Positions 21,395-30,883 of a stretch of DNA of 64,000 nt are shown piece after piece. The translations under genes were made by a program, and so were the position numbers. This DNA is from an uncultured delta proteobacterium (GTDB lineage: Bacteria > Myxococcota_A > Polyangia > Fen-1088). The stretch is from positions 32,001 to 96,000 of the forward strand of contig CAVWIP010000007.1 of the NCBI GenBank assembly GCA_963755125.1, given 5' to 3'. Every line of letters begins with the position of its first letter. The first letter of the stretch is position 1. Under the pieces are notes generated by a model. That model was not told where the DNA came from, made no database searches, and worked only from the letters and a program-made list of their open reading frames with translations.

Positions 21395-21664
21395 CGATGA
21401 CCGCGATAATGCCATGAAGTCGGCTGACCACCCTCTGCCACAGGAGTGCGATTCTTGCGCGATCTCGGCAAACTGGCTCTCCGCGACGGGCCGCGCGGCC
21501 GATTCTCCGACGGTCAACCCGCAACGGCCCCACAAACTCTGGATCGGGCCAAACCTCGGGACGGGAGGGGCGAAATGCTCCGTGGACACGGCGGCTTCAT
21601 GTTGTAGGCTTGGTAGCGAAAGGTGGTAGAGCGCGTGCAAACCGAATTCGTAGGAGGATCCTTC

Positions 21665-22045
21665 ATGCGTCAAGAGACCAGAAGCCGCCGCGTGGTCATC
21701 GCGGAGGACAACGACGACATGCGCGCGGCGATACGTGAGTTGATCGAGAGCTTGGGCGCGGAGGTCGTCGAGGCCGCCAGCGGAGGCGATCTGATCATGC
21801 TCTTGACCGACGAGAAGCCGGTGGATCTGCTCATCACGGACGTGCGTATGCCCTGGATGACGGGGTTCCAGGTTTCGTTGGCGGCGCGCAACGCTGGCCT
21901 GACCATGCCCATCATCGTGGTCACCGCGTTCGGTGACGATCACTTGCGCGCGCAGGTCGAACGTCTCGGTTCGGCCAGCCTGCTTTCCAAGCCTTTCCGA
22001 CCCGAGGAGCTGTTGTCGCTCGCGCGCTCGCTCTTGCCCTCCTGA
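21665..22045 (+). CDS. Single-domain response regulator
   Basis: AEDN, TDVRMP (phospho-Asp), VTAF, KPF; AGGAGGA SD. Confidence 0.93.
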   Translation: MRQETRSRRVVIAEDNDDMRAAIRELIESLGAEVVEAASGGDLIMLLTDEKPVDLLITDVRMPWMTGFQVSLAARNAGLTMPIIVVTAFGDDHLRAQVERLGSASLLSKPFRPEELLSLARSLLPS

Positions 22046-22071
22046 CCGCGACCGACCTTCGCTAGCGCAGC

Positions 22072-23490
22072 ATGAGGCTGGCTCGAAAACTGATCCTGGC
22101 CACGCTGGCAGGGATCGCGCTGGTCTTGGCTGCGAGCGCCTATTTTCGCTATCTCCATGTGGCGCGGGAATTGGAACAGTTCGAGCGCGACATGATCATG
22201 GACCACGAGGTGTTGGGTCGAACCCTGGCCGACGCGATGGTTCGTGTGTGGGAGAAACAGGGGCGCGACGAGGCCCTGAGCCTACTCCATAACGTGAGCA
22301 CGCCTGATGGACGGTTTCGCGTCCGCTGGGTCGAGGGCGAGTTGCGAGCCGCACCGACTCTTTCGCAAGAGCGCCACTACACGGACGTTCCCATCCGCGT
22401 GCGCGGCCAGGCCGTGGGCTTTGTTGAGCTGTCCGAGTCGCGCGGGTACGAGCAAGCATACGTTCGCGACACCCTGATTCGCACAGCATGGGCGACCCTG
22501 GCGGCTCTCTGCGTGGCCGCCCTGCTGGCCGCGGTGCTGGGCGTGTACATGGTCGGGCGGCCCCTGGCAAGGCTCACGCAAAAAGCCCGGAGCATCGGCG
22601 CTGGCGATCTTCCGGGACCGCTCAATCTCAGGCAACGCGACGAGATTGGCGAGCTGGCCCGTGAGTTCGATGCCATGTGCGACCGCCTGGCGCAGGCGCG
22701 CTCGTCGCTGGCTGGCGAAACCGAGGCGCGCGTGCGAGCCATCGAGCAACTGCGCCACGCAGACCGTTTGGCCACGGTGGGCAAGCTGGCTTCGGGCATT
22801 GCCCACGAGGTGGGAACGCCGCTCGGCGTGGCCCTGGTGCGAGCCAACATGATCTTCTCGGGCCGGATCGCCGGTGATGAGGCCCGCGAAGGGGCGCGCA
22901 TCATCGGCGAGCAGGTCGAGAGGATCGCGCGCATCATTCGCCAGCTTCTCGACTTCGCGCGCGGGCAGTTGGTGAGGCCGCCTGGCGCAGGCGCGCGCCG
23001 CGAGCCGGTGGACCTTGCCGATCTGGTCGAAAAGACCCTCTCGTTGGTGCAGCCCATGGCCGAGAAGCGGCAGCTCACGCTCGACTTCCATGCAGCGCCT
23101 GATCTGCCCAAGCCATCGCTTGACCAGGCGCAGATCCAGCAGGTGCTGCTCAACCTCGTGGTCAACAGCATCCACGCCAGCGATCGCCCAGGCAAGGTCG
23201 CGGTGGATATCTCACTCGTGAACGCGACGGCGCCTGCGGATCTGGGCGGCGCCAAAGGCGAGTACCTGTGCCTGTCAGTGGCGGACCAGGGCGTGGGCAT
23301 CCCGCCCGAGATCCTGCCGCGCATCTTCGAACCCTTCTTCACCACCAAGAGCGTAGGCGAAGGCACGGGACTGGGCCTGTCGGTGGCCTACGGGATCGTG
23401 CGCGAGCACGGCGGCTGGATCGACGTGCAGAGCGCTGCTCGCGAGGGCAGTCGTTTCTCCATCTATCTCCCGGTGAACAGGGTAGGTTAG
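22072..23490 (+). CDS. HAMP-domain sensor histidine kinase
   Basis: Two TMs, RDEIGELA HAMP, AHEVGTPL, NLVVNS, DQGVGI, GTGLGL. Confidence 0.93.
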   Translation: MRLARKLILATLAGIALVLAASAYFRYLHVARELEQFERDMIMDHEVLGRTLADAMVRVWEKQGRDEALSLLHNVSTPDGRFRVRWVEGELRAAPTLSQERHYTDVPIRVRGQAVGFVELSESRGYEQAYVRDTLIRTAWATLAALCVAALLAAVLGVYMVGRPLARLTQKARSIGAGDLPGPLNLRQRDEIGELAREFDAMCDRLAQARSSLAGETEARVRAIEQLRHADRLATVGKLASGIAHEVGTPLGVALVRANMIFSGRIAGDEAREGARIIGEQVERIARIIRQLLDFARGQLVRPPGAGARREPVDLADLVEKTLSLVQPMAEKRQLTLDFHAAPDLPKPSLDQAQIQQVLLNLVVNSIHASDRPGKVAVDISLVNATAPADLGGAKGEYLCLSVADQGVGIPPEILPRIFEPFFTTKSVGEGTGLGLSVAYGIVREHGGWIDVQSAAREGSRFSIYLPVNRVG

Positions 23491-23657
23491 CGGAAGCCCG
23501 TTCACGCAGATGCCGAGGACGACGAGCCGGAAGGCTTCCCCGCCGCTCCGGTGAACCGGCTAGCCAAGAACCGGCAATTCCCCTATGCTGCTGCTGTCTC
23601 ACTGGGGTATGGGCGCCCGGGTAGTCATTCCCTTCGATATCGGCCGGAGGTTGTCCG

Positions 23658-25136
23658 ATGAACATTTCCCCGCAACGATGGCTTCGCAGTGGCGCGCTCA
23701 CCCTGGGCGCTGTGATCCTGCTGACGGGCGGGCAGCGAGCCGCCGCTGAACCCAAGGACGCACCCCCGAAGAAAGAGGAACCACCGGAGTTCCGTTTCGA
23801 CTTCGGCCTATTTGGCGGGGGCCACTTCTTCGACGCCGACAACTCGCTGGGCCGGGCTCCTGGCAGTTCCGAGGGGCTCTCGCCCAAGTCGGGCGGGGTT
23901 TTCGGCGGCCGGCTGGGCCTGCACTTCAACCGCTGGTTCGGGCTGGAAGCAGAGGTCGATGGCACGCCCACGAAGACGCGTGACGGCCAGACGTCGATGT
24001 GGGTCTTCGGCTATCGCGGCAGCCTGATCGTGAACCTCACCGATAGCTACGAGTTCCAGCCCTTCATTCTGGCCGGGTACGGCGGACTCACCTCGCTGGT
24101 CAGCGACACGACGGTCGTGCCCAGTTCGACCTGGGGGTTCATGCACGCCGGGCTGGGGTTCAAGATCGGGTTCACCCCGTGGACCGGCCTGCGCGTCGAC
24201 GGGCGAATCATGGCGCCGTGGACCGCGCTCTCGCCAGTCATTCCCCAGGGCAATCGCATCGGCTACAGCGGGCCTGACTTCGAGGTGCTGGGCTCCCTGT
24301 TCGTCAACTTCGGCGAAATAGAGAAGGTGCACATCTACTCGACGGTGATCAAGGAGCCGAAGATCGGGGACCGGGACGGCGATGGTATCCCCGATAACAT
24401 CGACAAGTGCCCTGACCAGCCCGAGGACTTCGATGGCTTCCAGGACGAGGATGGCTGCCCGGATCTCGACAACGACGGCGACGGCATCCCGGACGCGCTC
24501 GACAAGTGCCCCAACGAGCCCGAGGACAAGGACGGCTTCCAGGACGAGGATGGTTGCCCAGATCTCGACAACGACGGCGACGGCATCCCGGACGCGCTCG
24601 ACAAGTGCCCCAACGAACCCGAGGACAAGGACGGGTTCCAGGACGATGACGGCTGTCCGGATCCCGACAACGACGGCGACGGCATCCCGGACGCGCTCGA
24701 CAAGTGCCCCAACGAGCCCGAGACCTTCAACAACTACATGGACGAGGACGGCTGTCCAGACGAGGTGCCGGCCGCGGTGAAGAAGTTCACCGGCGTGATC
24801 GAGGGCATCAACTTCAAGACTGGCTCGGCGGACATCCTGCCGGGTTCCTATGTCATGCTCGACCGAGCGGTGAAGGTCCTGCAAGACTATCCCGAGGTGA
24901 ATCTGGAGATCTCCGGGCACACCGACAACCGAGGCAAGGCCGACTACAACCGCGATTTGTCCCAGCGTCGCGCCGATGCGGTGAAGACCTACTTCGTCAC
25001 ACGCGGGATTGCCTCGCAGCGCTTGCAGTCCATCGGCTACGGTCCCACGCGGCCCATTGCCGACAACAAGACGCAATCCGGGCGAGCTACCAACCGTCGC
25101 ACGGAGTTCCGGCTGATCAACCCCAGCGAGAAGTAG
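23658..25136 (+). CDS. OmpA-family protein (beta-barrel, TSP3 Ca-binding repeats, OmpA C-terminal domain)
   Basis: Signal peptide, DGDGIPDxxDKCP repeats, GHTD, LSQRRA, NRRTEF. Confidence 0.92.
   Translation: MNISPQRWLRSGALTLGAVILLTGGQRAAAEPKDAPPKKEEPPEFRFDFGLFGGGHFFDADNSLGRAPGSSEGLSPKSGGVFGGRLGLHFNRWFGLEAEVDGTPTKTRDGQTSMWVFGYRGSLIVNLTDSYEFQPFILAGYGGLTSLVSDTTVVPSSTWGFMHAGLGFKIGFTPWTGLRVDGRIMAPWTALSPVIPQGNRIGYSGPDFEVLGSLFVNFGEIEKVHIYSTVIKEPKIGDRDGDGIPDNIDKCPDQPEDFDGFQDEDGCPDLDNDGDGIPDALDKCPNEPEDKDGFQDEDGCPDLDNDGDGIPDALDKCPNEPEDKDGFQDDDGCPDPDNDGDGIPDALDKCPNEPETFNNYMDEDGCPDEVPAAVKKFTGVIEGINFKTGSADILPGSYVMLDRAVKVLQDYPEVNLEISGHTDNRGKADYNRDLSQRRADAVKTYFVTRGIASQRLQSIGYGPTRPIADNKTQSGRATNRRTEFRLINPSEK
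24369..24761 (+). repeat. Four tandem 99-bp (33-aa) thrombospondin type-3-like units
   Basis: DGDGIPDALDKCPNEPEDKDGFQDEDGCPDLDN unit; middle copies are near-identical at DNA level. Confidence 0.9.
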
Positions 25137-25269
25137 TCCACAGTCCCGCGACAGCGGCAGAAGGTCGTAGCCCACCACCGATCGCTCTGATTGGGTGCGC
25201 GGCTCGATCGTGGAAAGGCATGTCTCTTCCGAGATGGGCCGCGCCTCCGCTTGTCGCGCGCCTCCGCGC

Positions 25270-25755
25270 CTACCCGCGTGGCTTGCGTCGCTCGTGTGAA
25301 GCGTGCACCCAGTCGCTGACCGCGTCTTCGGCTCGACGCTCAGTCTGCTTGTGTTGGTCAGCTTCTTGGCGTGCTTTCAGCTTTTCGAGGGCCAGCCGCT
25401 CTTCTCGGGCGCGGCGGAAACGCGCCGCCGCCACGTTCTCGGCGGCCCAGGCTTGGTCCAGCGGGCCTTGCCTGTGCTGGGCTGCCCTTTTTGCAGTGAG
25501 CGCCAGCGCCGCAGTCAAGCGCTGCCGATAGCGTTCGCGCTGGAGGCCATCGCCGACGAAAGCGGGCGCGGGCGCGGCCACCCAGCGTTTCGTCTCTTGT
25601 TCCAGCGCATGGCGCGCCTCTTCGGCTGCGGAATCGAGGCGTTGCTGTTCCTCCTCGACGCGCAGGCGCGCCGCCGCCGCTTCTCCCAGGGCCTTGTGCG
25701 CCTCCTCCTCTGCGCTGCGGCGCAGGTTCAGCAACAGGGCCAAGTTGGATGCCAT
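25270..25755 (-). CDS. FliJ/SctO(YscO)-like coiled-coil protein
   Basis: LxxLLxLRxxxEEEA...LxEA start, all-helical 161 aa, ALEKLK, RRAEDAVSD; fits the FliJ/YscO pattern. Confidence 0.65.
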   Translation of the reverse strand: MASNLALLLNLRRSAEEEAHKALGEAAAARLRVEEEQQRLDSAAEEARHALEQETKRWVAAPAPAFVGDGLQRERYRQRLTAALALTAKRAAQHRQGPLDQAWAAENVAAARFRRAREERLALEKLKARQEADQHKQTERRAEDAVSDWVHASHERRKPRG

Positions 25756-25771
25756 CGCGATTAGGGTGACG

Positions 25772-25800
25772 TTGCGTCCGCGGACGGGTGAGCTTACTGT
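25772..25800 (+). promoter_or_regulatory. Promoter predicted to give a leaderless kinase mRNA
   Basis: TTGCGT-17 nt-TACTGT-7 nt-ATG, no SD. Confidence 0.5.
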
Positions 25801-25807
25801 TTGTGAA

Positions 25808-27289
25808 ATGGTGGCACAGATCCCCTCGAGAAAATACCGCATCGAGCGGTATCTGGCCGAGGGAGGCATGGGTGCCATCTATGTCGGCAAGAAGATCGGC
25901 GCAGGCGGCTTCGAGAAGGAGGTCGTGCTCAAGCAGCTTCTGCCGGAATTCACCAGCCGGCCCGAGTTCCGCGACCTGTTTTTCCGCGAGGCCAAGATCT
26001 CGGCCACCCTCGACCACCAGAACATCGTGCGCACCTTCGATCTGGTGACCTCGGAAGAGCGGCTGTTCATCGTCATGGAGTACGTGCGGGGCGCCGATCT
26101 GCGCTCGATTTCCTGGCGCGCGCGGCGCAAGCGCCCGCTCTCGGCACAGGCCATCCTGCACGTCGCACTCGAGATCCTGGCCGGTCTGGCCTACGCCCAC
26201 CGTCGACGTTCGCCTTCGGGCGAGCCCCTGGGCATCATCCACCGTGACCTGTCGCCTTCCAACATCCTGTGCTCGGCCGAAGGCGAGGTGAAACTGTCCG
26301 ACTTCGGCATCGCCAAGGCCGCGACCTACTCCTCTGCTTTCTACCGCGTGCGCGGCAAGGTGGGCTACATGTCGCCCGAGATGGCGCACAACCAGCCCAT
26401 CGACGCGCGCAGCGACTTGTTTTCACTGGGCGTGAGCATCTACGAGACCTTGATCGGCGAGCGGGTGTATGCGGGCGACCTCAATACCCCGGCTGACCAG
26501 ATCTACGCGCAGTCCGTGCCACCTCTGGTGACCAAGTGCCCCGGCCTGCCGCCTGAACTGCAGGGCGTGTTCGACCAGGCGCTGGCACTCGATCCCAACC
26601 AGCGCTTCCAGGATGCAGAGTCGTTTGCCGATGCCGTGCGCGAGGTGGCGCATCAGCACGGCTTGCTCTATTCCGCACCGCAACTGGCGGCCGAGTTGCG
26701 CGAGTTGCTCGGTCCCAATCCCGACCACTGGCTTCGCGACGAGGGTGACCCGCAGCGCGCGCGGACGGATCGTCCGGCCAATCGCGCGTCCGACCTTGAG
26801 GGTCAAGAGGCGTCGTCGGTCACGGTCGATAGCGGGGCCGACGTCGGGCCACCGACCTTGGTCGAGCGCTCGCGACCCCGCACGGCTCGCGAGAGTGCCG
26901 CGGGCGGGAATGGGACGGGGGATCCGCAGGCCCTGGCGCGCCCGTCGGCCGTCCCGGCGCCCGTTACCGGCTCCTCGGCTCCGGGCTCAGCCGACCTTTA
27001 TGCTGCCGTCAACCGAGCGGACCTGCCCGGCCCCGCGACGCCTCCCCTCGCGACCGGCCCGAAATCCTTCAACCTGCCCCCGCCAGGGCCTTCGTTCATC
27101 CCGACTTCCCGAGGCGGAGTGGCCGCTCTTCGACGCTCGCGAGGGAGGCTGTGGATCGTGCTCGCGCTGGCGACTCTGGCGCTGCTGGCCGCTGGGGCAC
27201 TCTTGCTTCGGCCTAGCGAACCCAGAGCACCGACGGGCACAGGGACGATCCCTGCCACCGCGGCCTCGCGCTCGCAAGCGCAGAAATAG
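25808..27289 (+). CDS. Hanks-type Ser/Thr protein kinase with C-terminal TM
   Basis: LAEGGMG, VLK, HRDLSPSN, DFG, GYMSPE; Pro-rich linker then TM. Confidence 0.93.
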   Translation: MVAQIPSRKYRIERYLAEGGMGAIYVGKKIGAGGFEKEVVLKQLLPEFTSRPEFRDLFFREAKISATLDHQNIVRTFDLVTSEERLFIVMEYVRGADLRSISWRARRKRPLSAQAILHVALEILAGLAYAHRRRSPSGEPLGIIHRDLSPSNILCSAEGEVKLSDFGIAKAATYSSAFYRVRGKVGYMSPEMAHNQPIDARSDLFSLGVSIYETLIGERVYAGDLNTPADQIYAQSVPPLVTKCPGLPPELQGVFDQALALDPNQRFQDAESFADAVREVAHQHGLLYSAPQLAAELRELLGPNPDHWLRDEGDPQRARTDRPANRASDLEGQEASSVTVDSGADVGPPTLVERSRPRTARESAAGGNGTGDPQALARPSAVPAPVTGSSAPGSADLYAAVNRADLPGPATPPLATGPKSFNLPPPGPSFIPTSRGGVAALRRSRGRLWIVLALATLALLAAGALLLRPSEPRAPTGTGTIPATAASRSQAQK

Positions 27290-27290
27290 C

Positions 27291-28451
27291 TCAGCGGTCG
27301 GTGTCTGCGCCGTCCCCTACCGCCACTACCTTGGGCCGGGGCATGCCGTTGAAGTTGGTGGCACTGGCCGTGGTGTAGGCGCCGATGTTCTCGCTGGTCA
27401 GCAAGTCGCCGAGATCCAGGTTGACCGGCAGTTCCTCGGCCACCGACACCACGTCGAGCGCGTCGCAGGTCGGCCCGAACACCGACGAGAGCTGCGTGGG
27501 TCCGCTCTTGAAGGCCTTGAAGTGGTACTGGCAATGATCGAAGAGCACGCCCGAGTAGGTGCCATACACGCCGTCGTTGATGGTGTAGCACTGCTTGCCA
27601 TTGCGCACGGCCTTGCCGATGATCTCGACCACCAGGGTGGCTGCGGTGGCGACCAGAAAACGGCCCGGCTCGGCCAGGATCTCCATCTGGGGTGGGAACA
27701 GCCGCTCGAATTCGGCGTTGAGCGTCCGGGCCAGCTCGGCGAAGGGCCGTACGTGCTGGTCATACGGGGCCGGAAAACCACCGCCGATGTCCAGGATGTT
27801 GACCTTGTGGTAGCCGCGGTCCCAGGCCTCCTTGAAGATGCTGTCGGCGATGCCCAGGGCCTGGACGTAGTTCTGGAAATTGGTGCACTGACTGCCCACG
27901 TGAAAGGACAGGCCCTCCACCACCAGCCCGGCGTTGAAGGCCGCCTCAATCAGATCCACGGCCTCGCCCGGTGCAGCGCCGAACTTCGACGACAGCTCCA
28001 CCACCGAGCCGGTATTGGGCACGCTGATGCGCAGGATGAGACCCGCGTGCGGGGCGTGGCGCTTGACCTTGCCCACCTCGGCCAGGCTGTCGTAGGTGAC
28101 CAGCGGTTTGTAGGGATCCAGCTCGGCCAGGGTGCGGTTGTCCTTGACCGGGTTGGCGTAGATGATCTTGTCCCAGATCCAGTCCTGTCGCTTCTTGGCG
28201 GACATCGACTGGATGTTCTCGTGCACGATCATGAACTCGGGCATGGAGGCCACGTCGAAACTGGCGCCCGCCTTGAACAGGGTGCGCACGATGCCAGGGT
28301 CGGGGTTGGCCTTGACCGCGTAATAGGCCTGCACGCGCGGCAAGTGTTTCTTGAAGGTGGCGTAGTTGCGCCGAATCGCACGATGGTCGACCACGAAGAG
28401 CGGGGTTCCATGCTGCTCGGCCAGTTGCTTGAGAAGCTTGGGTGAAAGCAC
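27291..28451 (-). CDS. Fold-type III (alanine racemase fold) ornithine/lysine decarboxylase
   Basis: YAVKANP, FDVAS, LSSKFG, SFHVGSQC, DIGGGF, EPGRF, GPTCDALD, GAYT...TNFNG; AAGGAG SD with GTG; -10-like TAGACT at 28475-28480. Confidence 0.93.
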   Translation of the reverse strand: MLSPKLLKQLAEQHGTPLFVVDHRAIRRNYATFKKHLPRVQAYYAVKANPDPGIVRTLFKAGASFDVASMPEFMIVHENIQSMSAKKRQDWIWDKIIYANPVKDNRTLAELDPYKPLVTYDSLAEVGKVKRHAPHAGLILRISVPNTGSVVELSSKFGAAPGEAVDLIEAAFNAGLVVEGLSFHVGSQCTNFQNYVQALGIADSIFKEAWDRGYHKVNILDIGGGFPAPYDQHVRPFAELARTLNAEFERLFPPQMEILAEPGRFLVATAATLVVEIIGKAVRNGKQCYTINDGVYGTYSGVLFDHCQYHFKAFKSGPTQLSSVFGPTCDALDVVSVAEELPVNLDLGDLLTSENIGAYTTASATNFNGMPRPKVVAVGDGADTDR

Positions 28452-28787
28452 GCGGGATCTCCTTGGGAGGGAATAGTCTACAGGCGGCCACGCGCGATGG
28501 CGCAGGAAATGGGATTCGGAGTCGGGGGCCGGGGACGGGGTCGGAGGCGGTGAAGGGGCCCGTGACGGGGCCCCGCAGGATGGGGCTCAGCGTTTCGGGT
28601 GGGTCAGGCGCCAAAGGATGGCGACGATGCGGTCGAGCAGCGCGTGGGCCGAGGCAGGCGGCGCCTCCCTGAAGCGCGGCTTCAGTCGATTCAATTCGCA
28701 GAGTGCAGCAAGCGACGAACGCGGAGTGCGCGTGCAGCACGCGCGCGTCGGGGAAAGGAAACTACCCTCAGCTATCCCAACTGCACG

Positions 28788-28951
28788 TCACTCTTCATCT
28801 GCGAAGAAGTCCTCGTCGATAGCGAACGACTCGTAAATCCTCTTCACCGCCACCCCGAGTCCGCATCGTAGCATTAGATCGCCGACGCCTTGGCCATCGC
28901 AGTCAGCTTCAGGAGCGGCAGAAGGATCGACTGGAAGTCCGGCAGCGACAT
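28788..28951 (-). pseudogene. mrr: Internally deleted mrr (type IV restriction endonuclease) relic
   Basis: ATG 28951 reads MSLPDFQSILLPLLKL (Mrr N-terminal pattern); a shifted frame then reads DGQGVGDLMLRCGLGVAVKRIYESFAIDEDFFADEE* (Mrr C-terminal pattern); TAGACT -10 lies 6 nt upstream. Confidence 0.75.
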
Positions 28952-29195
28952 TGGAGCAGTCTATCGGAACTAGGCGGGCCTTGCTATGCACCCTCCTTTT
29001 CAATGTTCCGCCGCCAATTTTTCTGAGTCAGCCATCTCATACACCGATCCGTCCTTGCGGCCTCCCGTCCCCGTTAACGACCTCGTCCCTGGCTCGTGCT
29101 CCGAATCCCAGAGGCGCAAGAAAGGCTAGCCCGGCGCCGCCAAGATGGGCGATGCTTGGATGGCCGGCCTGAAGTACTGACCCCGGAGCGACGAG

Positions 29196-30869
29196 TTGAA
29201 TCTGCTTACATCCTGGCGACCGAGCGAGCTACCCGATTCCTGGGCGCCGACCCACGGTTGGGCGCTGGCGCGCGCGCTGGCCGTGGTCGCCATCCTGGTG
29301 GTAGCGGGCTTCGTCGCGCTCGAACGTCCCTGGGTGACCCGCCGGCTGTCGGTCGCGGCCCGGCGGCTGGGACGGCGGGTGCTGCTGGGCGTGCTCGGCG
29401 TTTCGGCCGTGCTGGCGGTGGCCACCTACGTCGACTTCGGCGTGTTTCGCTACGGCACGTATCTGAACGAGTGGGACTTTTACCACTACTACGTGGGAAC
29501 CAAGTACGCCCACGAGCTGGGCTACACCAACCTCTACGGCGCCACGCTGGTCGCCGACCACGAAGGCGGCTTGCGCTACCACAACCCGCGCCACGAGATA
29601 CGTGACCTCGCGACGGCCGAACTTCGCGACGTTGGTGAAGTGGCGGGCGAAGCAGCCCGCTATCGGGGCCGATTTAGCGATACACGCTGGCGCGAGTTCG
29701 TCGCGGACATCACCTGGTTCAAGATGCAGCTCCCCCCGAATCGCTGGAGCCTGATCCTGGCCGACCATGGCTACAATGGCACGCCGGCCTGGACGTTCGT
29801 GGTGGGCGGCCTTGTCACCCGCCACCTCTCCGTGCGCAATCCGGTCAGCCGGTGGCTCATGCTGGCCTTGGATCCCCTGCTCCTGCTTGCGGCCTCGCTG
29901 GCCGTGGCTTGGGCTTTTGGCCTGCGCACGGCGCTCCTGCTGGTCGTCTTCGTCGGCACCCACTACCTGCTGTCGTGGGGTCACCTCAAGGGCGCGCTGC
30001 TGCGTACCGATTTCGCCATGGCTTCGGTGCTGGCCGTGTGTCTGGTCAAGCAGCGCTACTACAAGATCGCCGGTGTGCTGCTAGGCTGGGCCATCCTGTC
30101 GCGCATCTTCCCGGCCTTTTTGCTGATCGGACCGACCGTACTTTTGCTGGGACGGCTCGCTCGAAGCCGCAGCATCGATCGACAGCTGCTGGGATTGCTG
30201 GGCGCCTGCGCCGCAACCGTGACCCTGGGGATGCTGGGATCCTGCGCGTATTTTGGCACGACGGGGATCTGGCGCGAGTGGAGCCTCAAGATCGCGACCC
30301 ACTATTCGGGTGGCAGCGATTGGGATCTCGGCTATCGGACCCTCGCCGAAGCGAGCTTCGTGAACGGCGTTCCCGCGCGGGCCGTCGTGCATGCGGTTGT
30401 GCAGAGCCCGGCGTTGTTTCTCGGCAGGCCAGCAACCGTCGTGGCCATGCTCTTGGTCTTGCCCGCGCTCACCTTCATCCGCGGTTTGGCAGACCACGAG
30501 GCCCTGGCCTACGGTTTCGTGTTCGTGTTTCTGTTTGCCCTGGCGGCCTACTACTACTACCTAGTGCTCTGCGTGCCCTTGCTCTTCTTCGCTCCCCAAC
30601 TGGAGCGACCGCAGCACGCCCTAGGCGTGGCCTGCATGTTCTTCACGGGCATCGTGGGCTATGTGCTGTTCAGCGGCTGGCCCCCGCTGGCCGGGTCGTG
30701 GGTGATGTTCCGCGGCTGGCGCCAGACCTTCCCGACCTACTACTTCCTCTGCTACTTTTTCACCGTGACGGTCGCCCAGATGATCCTGTTGGCCGGGAGC
30801 AAGACCTTGCGCGCCGAGCGCCGCCCATCCGGTGGCAGCCCGCAGCCGTCGGTCCCGGAGCCCCGGTAG
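29196..30869 (+). CDS. Multi-pass membrane protein, probable GT-C-fold glycosyltransferase
   Basis: About 12 hydrophobic segments; large periplasmic loop with WDFYHYYVGTKY and DHGYN; TTG start. Confidence 0.6.
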   Translation: MNLLTSWRPSELPDSWAPTHGWALARALAVVAILVVAGFVALERPWVTRRLSVAARRLGRRVLLGVLGVSAVLAVATYVDFGVFRYGTYLNEWDFYHYYVGTKYAHELGYTNLYGATLVADHEGGLRYHNPRHEIRDLATAELRDVGEVAGEAARYRGRFSDTRWREFVADITWFKMQLPPNRWSLILADHGYNGTPAWTFVVGGLVTRHLSVRNPVSRWLMLALDPLLLLAASLAVAWAFGLRTALLLVVFVGTHYLLSWGHLKGALLRTDFAMASVLAVCLVKQRYYKIAGVLLGWAILSRIFPAFLLIGPTVLLLGRLARSRSIDRQLLGLLGACAATVTLGMLGSCAYFGTTGIWREWSLKIATHYSGGSDWDLGYRTLAEASFVNGVPARAVVHAVVQSPALFLGRPATVVAMLLVLPALTFIRGLADHEALAYGFVFVFLFALAAYYYYLVLCVPLLFFAPQLERPQHALGVACMFFTGIVGYVLFSGWPPLAGSWVMFRGWRQTFPTYYFLCYFFTVTVAQMILLAGSKTLRAERRPSGGSPQPSVPEPR

Positions 30870-30883
30870 ATCTTCTCACGCGG

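Noticed and set aside
21416..21943. N-terminal ~180 aa of the 899-aa DUF2723 ORF
   Set aside because: Antisense shadow of the response regulator; real similarity begins after ATG 21394/21415.
23553..23575. GAACCGGC direct repeat upstream of ompA
   Set aside because: Two 8-mers in GC-rich DNA are too weak to call a binding site.
24369..24761. CRISPR-like regularly spaced repeats
   Set aside because: In-frame 99-bp coding TSP3 repeats with no unique spacers and no cas genes.
28510..28546. Degenerate 6-nt repeats (CCGACC/CCGTCC/CCGGCC/CCGACT on the minus strand)
   Set aside because: Short low-complexity tract with no supportable function.
28760..28790. Selenocysteine readthrough of the TGA at 28788-28790 via the CAGTTG-GGA-TAGCTG hairpin
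   Set aside because: The loop is only about 10 nt from the UGA, the stem is weak, and the stop coincides with the natural Mrr end.
28788..28874. Polyamine-sensing leader peptide (SpeFL-like) upstream of the ornithine decarboxylase
   Set aside because: The peptide is better explained as the Mrr C-terminus, with the Mrr N-terminus just upstream. The decarboxylase also has its own -10 (TAGACT 28475-28480) and SD close to its start.
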